Shown here: positions 1 to 16,300 of the stretch, one piece after another | How the letters are laid out: every line of letters begins with the position of its first letter | Numbering within the stretch: position 1 is the first letter of the stretch | Assembly (NCBI GenBank): GCA_000934665.2 | Contig: KZ537975.1 | Span: forward strand, 62,001 to 126,000 | Direction: 5' to 3' | DNA from: Catajapyx aquilonaris | Taxonomy: Eukaryota | DNA length: 64,000 bases | Notes under the pieces: generated by a model | Told to the model about the DNA's origin: nothing | The model's database searches: none | The model's input: the letters and a program-made list of their open reading frames with translations, nothing else | Translations under genes and position numbers: made by a program

Positions 1-7
1 TGACCTC

Positions 8-109
8 ATGTCGTCGGGAGCGACGCTGCTGGCGCCTGCCAACGACGCTCTCGGACAAAACCGACGATTCACAACTGTCCTCCCACCTGACATGGCCGAA
101 TTCACCGAC
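8..109 (+). CDS. KLF2/4-like: KLF-A predicted coding exon 1 (MSSGATLLAPANDALGQNRRFTTVLPPDMAEFTD); frame stays open to the window edge, so the true start could lie upstream
   Basis: 34 stop-free codons ending at a perfect GTAAGT donor (110-115). Phase 0 matches the TTCTTTCAG|ATG acceptor at 6199/6200. The paralogue has an equivalent exon that also starts CTC-ATG-TCG and ends F-x-D|GTAAGT. Confidence 0.75.
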
Positions 110-481
110 GTAAGTCACACTTGTTGCTCCTACTTCGCTAAAATATTAAGCCCTCTCACGAACCTCCCCATATGCTGATATCATTCGCATTGTTGACATT
201 GTTGCTCATTCGCAGTGTGTGCATATTATGTTGCATCAGCAAGTGCATAATATTTTGCATATAATAAAGTGTGTAATATAATATGCATTTTTGGCAACAC
301 AGGAGTAAAAATTTTCACAATAAGCTTATGCATAATTTTTAAAATGCATTTATGTTCATTTCGGATATTAAGAAGAAAATATCTGATTATGTGCAAATGA
401 ATCGAATCACAATCCCGTTTCGTACAGGTGTTCACAATGCATAACCTGTCATAATTGGAAATTTACTACTCGAGTTTATCA

Positions 482-636
482 GGGTCCGGTTGTATCGCCT
501 CCAGGAAACATTTCGTGGCAGCTATCAATTGTTGTCAACAATTCGGGCACTTTATGCACCAAAATATGAATGCCAGGTTTTGAGCCTATAACCGGATTTT
601 TTTTTTTTGTCAATTTCGTCTGATACAACCGGGCCT
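482..636. mobile_element. Degenerate short MITE in the KLF-A intron, possibly Harbinger-like
   Basis: 14-bp inverted ends GGTCCGGTTGTATC / GATACAACCGGGCC (one mismatch). The end motif ACCGGGCCTAT recurs near 27530 and 37108. No clean TSD. Confidence 0.45.
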
Positions 637-3472
637 ATGATTCAGCAATGATTCATTACTTCCGTTGCTCCATATTCCCACACACGGCGAGACGGCACGC
701 CAGCTAAATACTTGATCGCCTCTTGATGATGGAAGGCTGTGCTTTGCCTGTCCGGCTTGTCCTCGCCCAGAAAGAAAAAAAAAGAAGAAAAGAATGTGCC
801 GTGTTGGACAGTCCCAACTTTAAGCGCTTGGGGAAACCCTTGGAATCAATGACAACGCTTTATTATTATCCGTCGGTTTGCTTTATTGTGACGCTGTCCA
901 TAAATGTTTTTGCGTGCCGGGGATATATTTTCTCATTGAAATTCCTGCCTTGGAGTGTTTGGGACAGCCCATCCGTGACGCCACAATTACCGGGCCAAAG
1001 GTGCCTTTTATCCTTCTTGGCGGCGGCCCACGGCGGGTATTTCCTTTTCTTTTCTTACGTTTCAAATTGAATGTTGCGTAGATAAGGCGGGCTTCTTGTC
1101 ACTAAATCAGAGATATTGCCCCTTTTTTTAAACATTTATAGGAAATAAGGTGTTTGGGGGTGAATTGATGGAAGTCTGCTTCGAAAAATGATTTATGAAT
1201 GTGTGAAACATGGAAATGTGGACAGCATTAATTTAGAAGTGCGCTAAGATGCCAAATGGCATAATGTGGCGTTTAGTGTTGCTATATAGGCCCACGCAAC
1301 AATTCGGTTTACAGAGTGTCAAACTAGCTGTGATAATAATTATTACTATAAATTAATGATAGTATTGTTATGCAAATGAATAAGTTGGAATACGGCCGAT
1401 TATGGAAAGGCACGCATACATTACACGGTCAGGTGATTTTTTCCTAGTGTGGGAATGGTTCCCTCAAGTCACTCAAATCAGTAACATGCCTTGTATATGT
1501 TAATGTCTCTACTTGCTCGAGCTATTAACAATTCGCTGCGACACAACTTTATCAACAAGTTCACGTCAAACTGGACTACCACCGCACATAATGAAACATT
1601 AAAGAGCATAACTTTACGACGCGGAATCACACCATCACATGCTCCATATCTAACATGCCCGACTATCGATTTTAACACCAACTTCATTCATTGCCATAAA
1701 CAAACCATATAACATTACGACGCAGACAGGAAGAAAAAAGGGGGACAAACGGAGATAACGGTTTTTATATACGGCCAGAATGTTCAGAATCGCCTTGCTT
1801 TACAACCCCCGCAGCATATTGCAGGCCATGAGATTTATCCTATATAATTACCGAAACGATGTCTTTCATCCTGGCGTCATACCACGGATTAGATAATAAC
1901 CCCTTAGCCCGGGTATCTAAAAAATGTAATGCATGCAGGTTGATAACATCCTTACGTGCTGTCTCGTACAACCATACCGCCACGTTTATTATTGCCGCTC
2001 AAAACTTTTTCAATTGGCCCGGTTTCGCAATTGAAATATTTCTGTTACTATTCCGTGGAAATATTATTGGCGAACGTGTACTTCGTGATGTACAATCTCG
2101 TGCCTTGGCAATTACGCCTGCCTGGTAGGTTTTTAAAAACTGCACGTGAGCGAGCTTTTTCAAAATTGTCTAATGACACTGGGTAAAAAATTAATATTGC
2201 CGGCACCGAGTATACGAGCATAATTAATGCCACTGTATGCCTCTGGATGGTAATTAGAAGCGCCATATGATTCTTAAATTAGGCTCACACTCACATACTT
2301 ACATTACACATGGACTCGCAGGAATGAGTGCACCTTACATGGTGACGACGCATAATTACGGTTATTATATGATTTTTTTCGTTTCTGCTTTGCATTTCGC
2401 GTCCATACCAGCGAATCCATGACTTTCCGTCCAATCAACATAGTTCCCTCTTGCACCTTATTCACCTGCGAGAACTTTTCTTACTCACATCCTGCTCTTC
2501 CATAGAAGAAAAAATTGCTGCTACTTTTCTTTCAAAAAATACGCTGAGATAAGACACGTGACGACATTTCCTTCAGACGGGCACTATGTGTATCTGAGCG
2601 AGATAAGTGGAAGCAATTTCCGTTCCGTCAGTAATGACTCTGACGCGACATTTCTAGAACATTTCAGGTGACAAATATTGGGTAAAAATAGTACTCACTT
2701 TCTGATAAGTTCAGTGTTGATATACCAGCCAGACTTCAGAAAGCACCTCAAGCTTGTCCGGATTTTTCAACTGCAACAGGAAAAAACACAATGTCAGCAG
2801 AGGATGTGCATGTGCAGTATAAATGCACTGCTATAATGAGCTGCATGCTTGTAAAGTACAGAAGTCGTAATGTGTCACTTGGGCACTAATTATACCCCCC
2901 ATAAACTCCCCTTGCTCATCCACATAAAGTCATAATTTTAATTTTTCTTTCGCGGACAAAAATGCGCCATATATTTCTGTTCGTTATTCTCCCCCGGATC
3001 GTCTAAACGCAAGTGACAGTGTACAATTGCTATTAATCAGCAACGCACGATCATTATCATTGATTCATAAGGCAGGTGATAAATGCCGGATATGTACTTA
3101 GACACTATTTGCACCTATTATTACGCTTCTCGGAAGGACCTCAATGTCGCAATTTTGATCCGGGCACAATGTAACCGGATTACACTGCTACATGTTATTT
3201 TAATATTCGACAAGTAACAGTTAAAGTGTACTGAGAACCTGGAATTATTGCTCTGATTAACAATGAAATTTGTCTGTAGAATGTAATTTCATACATTTCA
3301 AAATTGCATTCAGCTTCAGTCTGCTAATGACGTCACTGATACGTTATCAAACATTCGTTTAAATTCAAATTTTACACGCAGCTTTAAGTAGTGGGAGTAA
3401 AATGAGCCATGCATGCAAAACTGGTCACTTGGGTCGGGAACGTGAGTTGTCCATACACATGGAAAGATGAGG

Positions 3473-3580
3473 GTGTGTGTGTGTGTGGCAATAAGGGGTG
3501 GGTGTCTCGCACGCGCCGGCGCCTGCCTGGCCTCACAGCATACAACGGACCAACCCTCTCTTCTTCTTCTTCTTCTTCTT
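3473..3580. repeat. (GT)7 and (CTT)7 microsatellites
   Basis: Read directly at 3473-3487 and about 3560-3580. Confidence 0.9.
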
Positions 3581-6094
3581 TCTGGGAGACCCTGACTGAC
3601 CTCTTCCTCTTTCCCTCCCCAAAGTCACCAATTTCCCCCCGGCCGGAGCCAGTCCGAAGGGAACCCGCTACAGCTTTATGGGCCTTTCCTGGAGACCCCA
3701 TGGGGTCAGCCACAAATTACGCGCTATCGCAGGTGCCCACTGCCTCTTTTTCTTTTTTATATATCCTTCTTCTTGGTCCTCCCCAACCAACACTTTTTTT
3801 TATTTCCACTATCTTCAAGGTGAGGTCTCCAAATGGCGCACACCTGTGACGCTCGAAATTGCAAGATGTGCAGATACAGGGTGAAATATGACTACAATTG
3901 GAGCACGTCCATTATTGTTCATTGGTCACAGTCGGGTCGCTGCCTGTGGTCAGTTTATTAATTTCTTCGCAAAGGTCACTTCCTATTCGAACGGCTTCCT
4001 TTGAGTCCCATAGTGTACAAGCCGGCACACTTATTATTGACGTTCAAATAGAGATATCTCCAAGCAAAGTCCAGCCTCTCTTATACACCGCTGTTACACC
4101 CGCATTGTGCTTATCTCGCCGGCAGATACACAGGACCGAACCCCCTACAAATCGCGTCCTACACGTTACGGCTGGAAATTGAATAATTATCGCGCGTTTT
4201 TTTCTTATCACGTTTCTTTCCTGGCAGCCAAGAAAAAAATGCCAACACGACCTCTTCCTAAGAAAGGCACGTTTTATTCATGCCCGTGCACCGGGTTCCC
4301 TTTCTTTTTGTTGCTTTTTTTGTTTTTTCCTTTGCTCATTTAGAATGATAAGAACCCGATTTGATGACAGCGGTGCAATACTCGAGTCTGGTTTAAGATA
4401 TGCCAGGAATCTTGGGGAAAAATACGTCAACAAACAGGTGTTTTAAGTTTTATGTGGGCGTTAGATTGATAATCAAAATGTGATGAATATGGTTGAGAAC
4501 TACAATTTACAGGGCGACATGTGTTTCTGTAGTTCACACTCTTTTATGAACAGCCAGCAGATTACATCAGAAATAATTACTGATTGCGCCACTCTTTTCA
4601 TATTAGTGACGTAACAGGCCCTGCCTCAATACCATTTGCGCAATGGCTTCCATATAGAAATTCTGCTTGGACTTTCCACTACTGAATAACGGCTATGTAA
4701 GCATTTTTCATCCACAAGTTATTGTTAGACCACCATGTATGCACAACCTAAATTCTGTCTGAAAAGACAAATCATCCGCAATGCAAATGACCAGAATGCA
4801 GCATACCACCATCCAACTAACCCTGTCGTGCCACGTTAGGTTATAGAATCGCGAGCAAATTGACCAACTGTCACTTGATGTCACTTTCTTGATGGATTTG
4901 TTTGCCCTCCTTTGACAAATGAGTTATCGCCCTCCTCGTGTCATGGCCTGATTCCTACAAAAATGACCGCATATCGACAATCAAGCAGAAGCGTCCAAGG
5001 AGTGAGCTTGGCACGTGCTGGGTTAAGTAACAACAGGTCTTGATCTGTGAGATTGTTCATCGCAGTGTGGCTTCTGGTGTACATACAGTGGTAAGATTCA
5101 CAGGATGTTGCTTTTGACGCTCGCCTGATTCTCTCCAAGCTTAGCGTGTTGTTTAGAGACGCCGAGGATGGTGGCGCCCGCTAATTGCTCCCTGCACCAG
5201 AACCAGCAACTTCTATTGCCATTCTGTTCAGGGAAGATCGTTTCTGCGCGGTGACACAAGGCCTTCGGTAGAATGGGAAACCACTGCCGCTTCCGCCTCC
5301 AGCCGAGTGCGCAAGAAAACACTTCTTTCATGGCTGTTCCTACACGGCCGGCCTTCGCACTGACAACGGGAGTGTGCCCCAAACTTATTGTCACATTGTC
5401 TTATCAGCATCAGATGGAGTTGACGCCTATGTGCTGGAGGAAGCCAATTTCAACTCAAAGTCAGGATTCTAAGAATTCTGAAGAAATTGTCAGAAGATCA
5501 GAAGATGTGTGGATGATGGGAGGCGCGTCTGTAAATTTCTAATGGAGGTGCCTATTTGGAAGGAATAGGCCACTCCTTCCCAGATAACTCGTTAACGAAA
5601 ATCACAGCATAACATCCCACTTTGGGCCCCCTTTTACTATAGCCTGAAACCATATCAGTTTGGAGCTAAGAGCTTGCGACGCGGCCTCCATTTCACTAAT
5701 AGGCTTAATTCATATGCGCGTGGAACCCAATTATTCCCTGGAGTCAGTTGTCTTGGAAGAAGGTTTTTGGGATGCTGAGGCTCCATCTTGGCGACCAGTT
5801 TGGTTTCTTTTCAGGCGTCATCTCGAGTTAGAGTCGAGGGACGGTTCAGCAGTTCAGCGGCACTCACTCGACTGAACTGGGAAGCATGGCAGCATTGCCG
5901 TAGGTCGTTGAGGAAGCTTTGTAGAAACAATGCACGTAGCGTGGCAGAAGCGCGGTTGGAGATCATGCACTAGTTCCCCTCGAGCCACGGGGACGGATGA
6001 GGGATGGGTCCATCTTGGCACTTTCATTTTTGGGGGAAATTACACGTCATTAAAGGGGGCGTCCGACCTGAACATGGAGAAAGGCCTGAAATAG

Positions 6095-7369
<1,275 letters not shown>

Positions 7370-10300
7370 GACGGGTAAGACTGATGTTGACACGGCCAGT
7401 ACAGATACTTGCTCATATGTGTCCCAAATTTGGCGACTGTTGACCCTCCCTTTATGTCGCTTCCTCCTTCGCACCGTTCTAAAAATTTCCGGAACTGCGT
7501 CACGCCTGGTGCAGGACCGGAACTGAGTCGTTCCGGCCTGCCTGCACACACTTCCCAATTATTTTTGTCACTCCAGTGCAAAAACCTCATTTGAAAAATG
7601 ATGCTAAACCGGATTCTTTTTGCACGGGGGGCCAACCCGTTTTTTTTTGTCAATTCCGGCAGGTCCGGTATGGCCCGCGGTGCGAACGGGCCCTAAAAAT
7701 GTTCGGGACTGACGGGTCCGACTTCGGTGTGAGGATCGATCTACGATCGGCGGCTGCTTCCCCAGTATGGGGTCCAAACGGGCCACATCTTCCTCTCTCT
7801 TGATCTGATCTGATGGTTGCAAAGGCCTCCTGTCACACACGAACCATAAACATCACCGGTGTACACGTCACTGCCGATGTCGATCTTTGTCACGCAAAGA
7901 ATTAAGGTCACATAAAAGGAAGGGAATACCTGGGGGACGGACGGCGAGGATAAAAAGTTCTTTCTATTTTTTTTAAAGGTTTGAAAACTATCCTTCTCTA
8001 TCCTTGCTTTGACTGATATTAATTGGTACAAGTGCAGATGAAACCGATGCGACCGCCGGTACCAGTCGATCTCACGAGATGCAATAAATTACTGGCAGTT
8101 TGTCGAAAACAACTCGAATGTGGATTTTTACGGCCGGGTCTTTGGTATATTGGAACAAGTTGATTGTTATCGTTCGAAATTATTGTTGTTGCTATGTCCA
8201 TATGTTGCACTGATATATCAGCCAAATCGGCCTGTACAGGAAAAATCAAATCTTGTCGGTTTTGAGTTATTTACACCGCACTTACTGTTAGTAGCATTTC
8301 CGCCGATATAAGTCCTAAAAAACCGGATTTTCTGCAATCAGCAGCAAGGTCAAGGTCAAATATTTGCTTTCAATTATTTCAAAATTGAATTTTTGTACTT
8401 TGTGGATTTCACTCGTATACCCACGATTGGACAATTTTTGCCAAAAAAATATGCCGATTTCGCTGATTACGTATATTTTGATTATTCCCGTGATGTTACC
8501 GTACTGTTCAACTGACCCAGAGCAAAAATGACAACTGTGATAAACAAACGCCTTCTAAAGTGGCGAATTTCAATCTGGCCGCACACACGGCAAGAGTCAG
8601 GTACAAACACTTTACCCGAATGTGACAAGCCTTGTACGACATTACCTGTACAGATCTGTGTATAAAAATAATTTTTTTTGTTTATCAAGTAAAAATGTTG
8701 CGTTACGTAACCTTTTCTCTGGAGTGCACCTTTTTATTACAATTCCCTACTTCCTGACGGTCTCTTTATCATCACGATCTCTACAAGTGTGACGCAAAAA
8801 ACGCTTAGAATCACGGGAGGGAAACATCAAAAATATATTTTTTAAGAACATATTTCCAGCACGTGTTTCCAAGACTGATGTTAGAAGGCTCGTCATGCAG
8901 CATAAGCAGCCAGCCGGATATTGCGGTGGTTCTGAATAGAGCTTCCGGTGCACCCATCATGGACGGTGGTAGGGGAAAGAATATAATGTATTCCAGCATA
9001 AACCGAGTCTCCCAAACAAGTGTTTTTGTGAGTGCAAGAAATTGTTTGTCAACTAAAATAAATGTTGTGGTCAACTAACCACAGTGTCTTAACCCGCCAT
9101 TTTTAATTTTCAAAAAAAAGAAGATTGACATAATATTCCAAGGGTCGCTGAATGATTCACGGACATTAACCTTGGATGTAGGGCATTTCACACAGCATGG
9201 TCACCGACACAATGGCAACCAAGTCGTTAACGTCGCTAATGTTTGACGTATTATTTCGCCAGCGATTCATCAACAGATGACAGCCATGACCCGGCCATTT
9301 TCGAACCCTCCAAAGGAAAAATCACCTGCTGAAGCCCGATCACCTCCTAAGAGACACCTAATTGTGTTTAATTTCACATCTGGCCCATTTGCACAGGTAT
9401 TTGCTCACCGTACTAAAGGCCCCCCTTTGGCCAAACAAACCGTGGCCCCCAAAGAGCCATTAAGAGACGCAGTCACTCCGTCAAATAAGGCTCAGGCACG
9501 ATAGTTTTTACAGTAACAGTTTTTGGATGGGGTGGTTTTTCCGGGATAATTTTACGGAAAAAAAAGACCGACAAAGAAAATCTTATCGGTTTAGACAAAC
9601 TGACACGAAAAGCTTGCATAACGTTCTCTGCATACACTTTTATCGCAGCGGAATTTCTTTTATAGCACCTGAGGGTTGCTCATAAACTGGGTAATTAGGG
9701 TAAAAATAACCAGGGGTTTTATTATGGAGATATCATTTATTCAAATGCGAAATCTGTTGAGGAGGATTGTGTATAACATGGGTTGCGGGGGCGAACTTGT
9801 GAGGTTAAGGAGAAAAAAGGGGGTGATATTTTGCCCCCTTTGGTCACCTTATATGGAAACTTATTCTGTGCGTACCTGTATAACCTGTCTTTTCCCATCC
9901 CCTCGGTGAAGGTTTTGGGGATGTTGGCTAAATTATTGCGGGGTGGAGGTGCCGAGGAATATTATTGTGAATCTGACCAATGTGTGGGTTTTTCTGTTTG
10001 CTCAAGGGGAGTGTTGCACATTCGCGAATATAAATGGGGGGCCCGTTTCGATTACCTGTGACAAATATTCGGGTGTTACACAGTGATTTTTCACCGCTTT
10101 TTGTGAGACGAATATATCCATTTTTCATATCGCCTGAAGTACTTGATGGTAGACATGAAAGCTACCGCGGCTTCTGTCAAAAGACTAAGTCCACGCCCTG
10201 CCTTTTTTTATTGCCCATACATGTGCCACGCGTGCTTTTGCCACACATATTGTAAGGTGGAGGATGAGAGAACCGTTTTCGAAAAGCGATTGAAAACCCC

Positions 10301-13300
10301 TTCATGGCTCCCTGCTTTGCATCCGTGAAGAATAGGTGTCCTAACTTTGGAAGATCGATATCAACGGAATCACAAACCCGCTGACTGCCAATTAGTCGTA
10401 AAACTTCATTGTGAGAGTATAAAGGATTGCTTCCCACCACCCATCGCATTTTTTTCCTATACAAGAGCATGCCGATAGTTCGATTTAAGGGCTGAAAAGT
10501 GAAGACATTTTTCATCCAGGAATTTCTGTTCTGGCCCCGTATAAGGCGCAAGGCTGCCAGATGTGGCACCTTGGACAGGTGAGACCCCAATTTCAACAAT
10601 GAAATTAATTTTTTTTTGTCTATAGGTGGGGACAAAAAATGGCTGATACATAGAAAGCTGCCTTGCGAAATTAAACAGTTAACATTTCACGGCGCTGACT
10701 ATTAAGATGTCTGGAATGGCGTGAGTGAAAGACATCTCAACTCCACCCAGGAAAAAAAGGATATGAAAAAATAGGCGCATTGACTACATAAACAATTAAA
10801 CAGGCTGATGATGTGGACCTTTTTGCGCTACTAATGCCAACAAAAGGAATGATGAGTTTGCGAGATATAATTCATTCGAATTAACATGCTGACACCTTTG
10901 GCTCGTGCAGATCGTGCCTTGTAAACAGTAGAGAGGTGTCACAACAATACTGACAACACCGCATACCGAGGTAGCGAAAGGTGGCAAAAAAATATTATAA
11001 AATTTTTTGATGATAGTTCTGACAGGTGTAGGCAACCCGTGACTGACGCCTTCCCATTCGCGTAATATGAGAAGCTGACCTAATCAAAAATCCTTACGAC
11101 AGTTATAAAGTTTATGATGGACTATTCTATTAAGAGCAATTCCAGGATGGAATTAAGAACCACATGGGCGCCATGAAAAAAAATATTTTGGAGGGCAAGA
11201 TATCTCGGAAGGGACGTAAACCTGTCCAACCAAGGAGGAAGACTACAGAGAGGGTTAAGAGTAACAAAAAAAAGAGAGCTGTAAATGGTGATTGGGACAC
11301 TTTGCGCTCTGACCCAAAAAATTCCAGAGTGAATAACAACCTCTGGTATTCCCAATCAACCGGTAATTTGGTCCATTACGATAATTAATACGTTCCACGC
11401 AAGTATTAATTTGCATTATGGGAAGATGGGCTTGACAGGAATACGACACGTATTTTCCAGCCGCAATAAGAGCTTTCAGAAATTCAGCGCGACATATATT
11501 CAAATTTATCTCCGCCGTAAAACTGTAACACTGATTGCTCGGTGTGATTCCCGGTTTCAAAATAACCGCCTCCACTTTCTTTTTCCGTTCAAAAAAAACT
11601 TTTGTCCAGTGGACCTTCTCGGGTCATCGTTTGTGAGGACCAGAGTGGCCATCGACATGCCAATTTGAAATGCTGGCCGCAATGTTTATGACCTTTTTAC
11701 TGCCTGCCTAAATGGCACAGGGTGGTTGGATGGGGGTAAGTCCATCTCCGGACCCGAGATTACCCTCAAGTTTTTCAGAGATAAATCCAGCGGGTCCTTG
11801 AAGAGCAATTTGGTCAGTATTACACTAAAATGCAGATTAACAGGAAGCGTCAAGTTTGAATATTCATACTCGGCATATGGAGACTTCAGCGCACGAATTA
11901 GCTGAATATCCGTACAAAATTTCATACGAATAATATTGAATAAGACTGACCTTTTGCCTCTGGCCATGGGGGCGAAATAAAGCCCGGTTTTTGCTGGACA
12001 CACCAGAGCTATTTAATGAAGTTTTTGCGAGTCGACTTCCTTCCCTTTTTATTGTTGCGTCCGTCTTTCTTGCAACGCTTGTTGGATTGAAGTTCCAGCA
12101 CCCTGCTCATGCATTCAGGCCAAAATGGGCAGCAAGCAGGGGAAAAAATAGGTACGCTGAAGGTTGACGCTTCAAACTGGTTTTTCTCTAAAGCATTATT
12201 TGAAATGCATCCGACGTTACTAATGAGATATCAAGTTATTAATGCAAATATGGGCCTATTATTGTAGGGGATGCCCAGTTGGTGGACCTTTCCACAAAAG
12301 GGGATCGTGGACGGTTTTTGTTGAAAATTTATCGACGCTATGCCATTTTATAACTGGTTTTTAATTCCGGAATTCGAATCCTTTTTTGTGTACCATGCCG
12401 GTATAATCATTGTCGAGTGCTTTACAACTCAATCACTTAATTAATCCGATAAGCGTTAGATAACAGACGCGGGAGTAAGAAAAAAATATATCTCAAAAGA
12501 TGTCCAGCACTTCTAATGGAATTTTACCATCCCAAGAGTGAGTATGAAAATTCCTCTCGAGACTTGAATGCATTAAGGAAATGGCATGAAGAATAAAAGA
12601 GACATTTGTATGCAGTGCCGAATACGGTTGCGTAAAAAATCGTGCAGCCAAATGAATATAGAGTTATCCTAATCTTAATCTATTGACAATATACTGCCAG
12701 AATCCTTGGTGTGTCATATATCCGGAATCATAATTATTACTTAATTAGTGAAGGTTGTTAAGCCCAGCCTTCAATAATGGGCAAGACGTGTTATTATCAT
12801 TGTTCCTCTTCCACATGTGCGCAAAAGAATCATCGCGTGCTCATATGTCGCCTTCACAATAACTCGAATAATGCGAGAGAGACAGACCCGGAAGTTTTTG
12901 TATAGTATTTTTATCTCCGTGGACCGCTTCAAGGGGAACTAACCTGGCTGAAATAAATGTGATTCCTAGAGCATCCAAACTGAAAATTGGCTCCTATTTT
13001 GAAAGCACACAGTACGGTACCCATATTCGTAAAATGCATGACGTCATTTGCAACGGTTAGGCGACAATTTAAAAAGAGGGTTGACGACTCTCACTGTTGG
13101 AGTTACGAGCTGGACATGGGCGCCGAGTTCCACTTAAGAATCCGATCACTTTTGGATGACACGCATAAACAAAGGTTGATATTAATGGCAGGCTAATTCT
13201 TCTCGTTTGTATGTAACAAAGGGAGAAAACGCACTGAAGATGGAATGCAGGAGGAAAAGTCTAAATTGGTCGTCTATCAAGTCGGAGGAAAAACTCGTTG

Positions 13301-16300
13301 GCTGTGGCCAGAACGACTCTTTGAAGAAGCTTTATGTCCCTATAAACCCAGAGAACCCTAGAGAAAAAAAAAGAAACTCAAAAACTGTAACCCACTTCGG
13401 ACTATAGGTACGAAAAAAAAATTTCAAGACGTACAAAGTCTCAGGTGACCCTGTAATAAAAATGTGCTCATGACAACCAGCAGCGACTTGTCTCAGTTCG
13501 GGTGCAGCCGATACGACAAACGAAAAAGGAGAAACGCTATAAGAGCAGGCCGGCAGCCGCTATCTTATCGATTCGTCATAAAACAAGTGGCAATTTACAT
13601 TCTTGCGTTGCGACTGGTTTTAAGCGCGGGGCGACAAACAGGAGATAAATCTGCGACAATTAATTGCTCCGGTGTCCGTATAAGCTCGCGTTTTGTCAAC
13701 TGATACACTTTTTTTTAAACATAAAACCTGACAACCAGACCTTCACGCTTGGGTTGAATTTTGAAGCAAGCCCACCGGTGAAGACATCTCTTGTTATTAT
13801 CCGAAGAATCGCGTCTTCGAAGCGGAAATGACAAAAGATGACCCCACGTTTGTCTTTTGAAGGGCGTGAATCTTCCGTGTGTTTGTCTTCTATCGGCGAT
13901 GAACACATGTGTCGTGAGCGAAAACAAAGCAGTAGCTAGGTAGATGTACGGTGTTAACGGTGGGGTGAACATGGATTAAGCATTGTCCGCTCCGAATCTC
14001 CGGTTGTTAATCAGATCGCTAGAGATGCCACTCAATTTATGTGATAGAGACGGCTCGGGTGAAACCACCGAGCCAAGATGATGCTGAATATTAAATTAGC
14101 AGCTCAACTATGCGGTGTGAAGCACCCACTCGAGTCGAGATTGGAGGTGATTTAGACTCATATTGTGACCTAAGGTCAGTTCCTTCCAGGCAGAATCATC
14201 GTTGAAGGACATGTGTTTGTTACGACGAAAAAATTAATTAATTGCAAATATTTGTGTCTATCCACGCTGGGATGAACCCCTAAGGTCCGTCACGCTGGCC
14301 CTCAACCTTTTCCCAGTGTGACGGGCTTTATGACGACCCCTCAGTCCTGCCATATCTGATAATGCACACGTGTAGTGCGCACCACTAACTGTACGTTAGC
14401 AGAAAATAACACGTCCCATGTTTCTAGGCGTGAAATGAATCCGGCCTTCACGGTGCTTGGAATATTACACACGGGGGACATATAAGATTGCCCAATAAGG
14501 GCAGGTCAAAGTTAAGACATTTTGTAACCATATTTCTCCATTACAGGCTTTTAGTCCCTCTTAAACCCTCATAACGGCCGTCTTAATACCACATTTACCG
14601 CTACTTATGCCAGCAATTTCCTCTATGAAACATTTTCTCCGGAGTCTCCAGCCGGGCGGCACTATACCTTGTCCCATCAAAGATGCGATACCGGCATAAA
14701 CATTTTTGACTCCTCGTGACACCCACTTCCACGACACCACGACACGCGACCTCCTGCATTGGTGACCCTGTCCGGTCCTTTTTAACCAACAATATTTACG
14801 ATGCAATAACGAACTCGTTGGGGGGGAGCAAAAAAAATATCCAAGTTTCAGGAGCAAAACTGGAATTTCCAGTCGCCAAAATTGGTACGAGTATGTCAAA
14901 AAGCGTGGATAATAATATTAGAGCAAATGAGTTAAGAGGTTGCTGGTCTGTGGAGTACGACGAGGCATTGTGTCCAATTCAAAGAAGCACACGACACTTG
15001 TGATACCAACCGTGCGTGTGCTGAAAGACTGGTTCCAAACAGAGACCACGGTCCAGCAAACCCGCGGGTCGCTATGGGCACTATTATGACTAGCGCGTCT
15101 GGACCGACTTCTTACAATCCACGAAAGGCTGCTGGACCAGTGTGCCTGCTTATCAAGGTGCAAATTATGCTTGTGACACCTAAGCCACGCCTAGAGTGCT
15201 GGCCAGATAACTCATCTCATAGTTTAAAAAAAAGCAACTTAAAGCATTAAAATAATATTCGGTAAGTAAATAACAATGCGTCCTTTTGAGTGAAAGAATG
15301 GGTGACACGCACGAGTAATGGTCTTTATGTCGCATGAATTGTTGGACACGCGAGTCCAGCGTCGGTTAAAGAGAGCTCCTCCTCCCACTTTCAGTGCTGC
15401 TTATGGATGGCAAGGAAGTGACGTCACAGAAACTTTGTCGTCCCTGAAAATAGCTCCGACCATTTGTTTCAATAGTGCGAAGGGTGGTAGAGGATCCCCC
15501 AACGGGAAACAGGAAGGTGTTTGACCTAAGAGCAAAGAGACGCTTGGTGAACTAATTCAAACTGAAAGATTTTTTGGGGGGCTTGTACTTGTACTACTTG
15601 TACTTATTTTTTACTGCATAATCAGCAGTTATTCATGCTTGAGAAATTCGGCAAACATTTCTGACCAGCAATCTGTTTTGGGAGGAAGTGCAATTGAGAG
15701 TTACCAAGAGGATATAATTACACGCTTGGATGGCCGTTTCATTGGAAAATCAGAGGGGTCTATTTCTATGCCTTCAGTGCGACGTTGTAACACTATGCAA
15801 ATTAGATTGCACGGGAATTTACCGTCTTGCGAAACAAGCAAGGTCGTCATTAGGTGGTACTTGTTGATCTGGCGTCATTGGCGTAAGCGGCGTGAAAAAG
15901 TATGGCATAATTATCGCTCTGTTACACAAATTAAACTATGCGGCGTAATTGACGTGAACAATTTTAGGCAAATTTTACATAAAAATTGGCAATGCTAATT
16001 GGGACGGAATTGGCGTAATGGATGTAAAAGGCGCATATGAAACAATTTCTACCTGTATTTTCAGACGATAGAAGATGCCAACAATAGTCCATTGTCACCG
16101 CATGAGTTACACACTTCATCGCGGCAACGCTTTTCAATAATCATTACCAACGTCTGCGCTTCCTGAACAAAGGCAATGCCCCGTCTTTATTCCCACCGAC
16201 AAAGGTCCAAGATATGAAGCAGGCAGGTACACTAGAATATAGCTCGCTCAATAAGCAGTAAAACGTAAATAACTCGAATGCATGCTGCGAGCCATAACTC

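Noticed and set aside
5047..5200. RLFIAVWLL and FSPSLACCLETPR fragments resembling an IR M3 region
   Set aside because: Different frames, internal stops and wrong spacing; no other IR motifs nearby.
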